Both the position numbers and the translations under genes were made by a program. From contig NC_043005.1 in the NCBI RefSeq assembly GCF_006345805.1, forward strand, positions 34,472,001-34,536,000: a stretch of 64,000 bases of DNA. The letters run 5' to 3'. Shown piece after piece: positions 63,470 to 64,000 of this stretch. The stretch comes from Octopus sinensis (taxonomy: Eukaryota). Position 1 is the first letter of the stretch. Every line of letters begins with the position of its first letter. The notes under the pieces are model-generated. The model saw nothing but the letters and a program-made list of their open reading frames with translations, ran no database searches and had not been told where the DNA came from.

Positions 63470-64000
63470 TAAGTTCATTTCCTACATGCTCATTTGGATT
63501 TCTTTCTGGAAAATCTTGGAGATGTGAGTAAGGATTTTGAGGTGCTGAATCTAAAAAATGAACACACCATTGCAAAAATTTATTTTCTCATCTTTCAATT
63601 GCATTTGTGCCTTTATATTTTGCTAAATAAGGTATCAAATTCATCTTTATTACTTTCATTTTGTCCTATCAATGTGGATTTACCTACAAATTATGATATA
63701 TTTTATCATTAAATTGATAGAAAACTTTGGGTAAAAGTGAAGAGCATTTTTGATATTTCCAGTCAGCACCACAACAATGTATAAAGTAACATTGAATTAT
63801 CAAAACAATTTTCAAAATGTCCCATTTTGCAAACCCATGTTATCAAAAGATTTCAGCTAATCCCTTAAAAAATTACTGAATGTCTAACCAAATCTCTCTC
63901 TAACTACTAAGCATCTATTTCTTTAAAAACAAAATGTAGATCTACAACTTCCAAAACAAGGTCTCATCCTGATTTACCCCATCAGTTTCCTATTTCACAA

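Larger units (their letters stand above)
61207..63839 (+). mobile_element. Chapaev3-like (Transib/RAG1-related) DNA transposon relic, interrupted by a SINE and a MITE
   Basis: PDNFCYICG..EFVKKSY.AYF...GDQDK, WKLFIDSSKR..KAV.LHN.NKYASVPVG, KYKDHNWMICNDLK, GYTKFPCFLCEW.SRAR, LGLMKQLIK, EDIFVGPNIK, NFLGNHK, MSIKVHFLHAHLDFF.ENLGDVS. Termini are approximate (weak 13-bp inverted match). Family name assigned from memory of motifs. Confidence 0.75.

Overview
AT-rich animal genomic DNA dense in microsatellites and transposable elements. The SINE and RTE repertoire suggests an octopus or other coleoid cephalopod (inference). One host gene spans most of the window on the + strand: the 3' part of an oxysterol-binding-protein-related gene of the ORP3/6/7 (OSBPL3/6/7) subfamily. 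I reconstructed 15 phase-consistent coding exons (7576-51835, 611 codons plus stop). They encode a coiled-coil region, an FFAT-like motif (EYYDAPE) and a complete ORD with the EQVSHHPP signature, and one intron is GC-AG. The 5' (PH-domain) exons are not visible. Introns and flanks hold four mariner relics, a piggyBac deletion derivative, TTAA and hAT MITEs, a Helitron, a Chapaev3-like relic, RTE, CR1-like and R4-like LINE fragments, a Penelope-like (Naiad-type) relic, a solo LTR and many tRNA-derived SINEs. Three observations stand out. (1) A 448-bp single-event insertion (11-bp TSD) combines a Pol III tRNA-like head with a Penelope-type minimal hammerhead ribozyme tail and an inverted second tail, which makes it a candidate PLE-mobilised ribozyme SINE. 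(2) A solo LTR (5-bp TSD) carries eight perfect contiguous heat-shock-element pentamers and a TATA box pointing antisense into the host gene. (3) RTE LINEs carry a PHD finger inserted inside the RT region.
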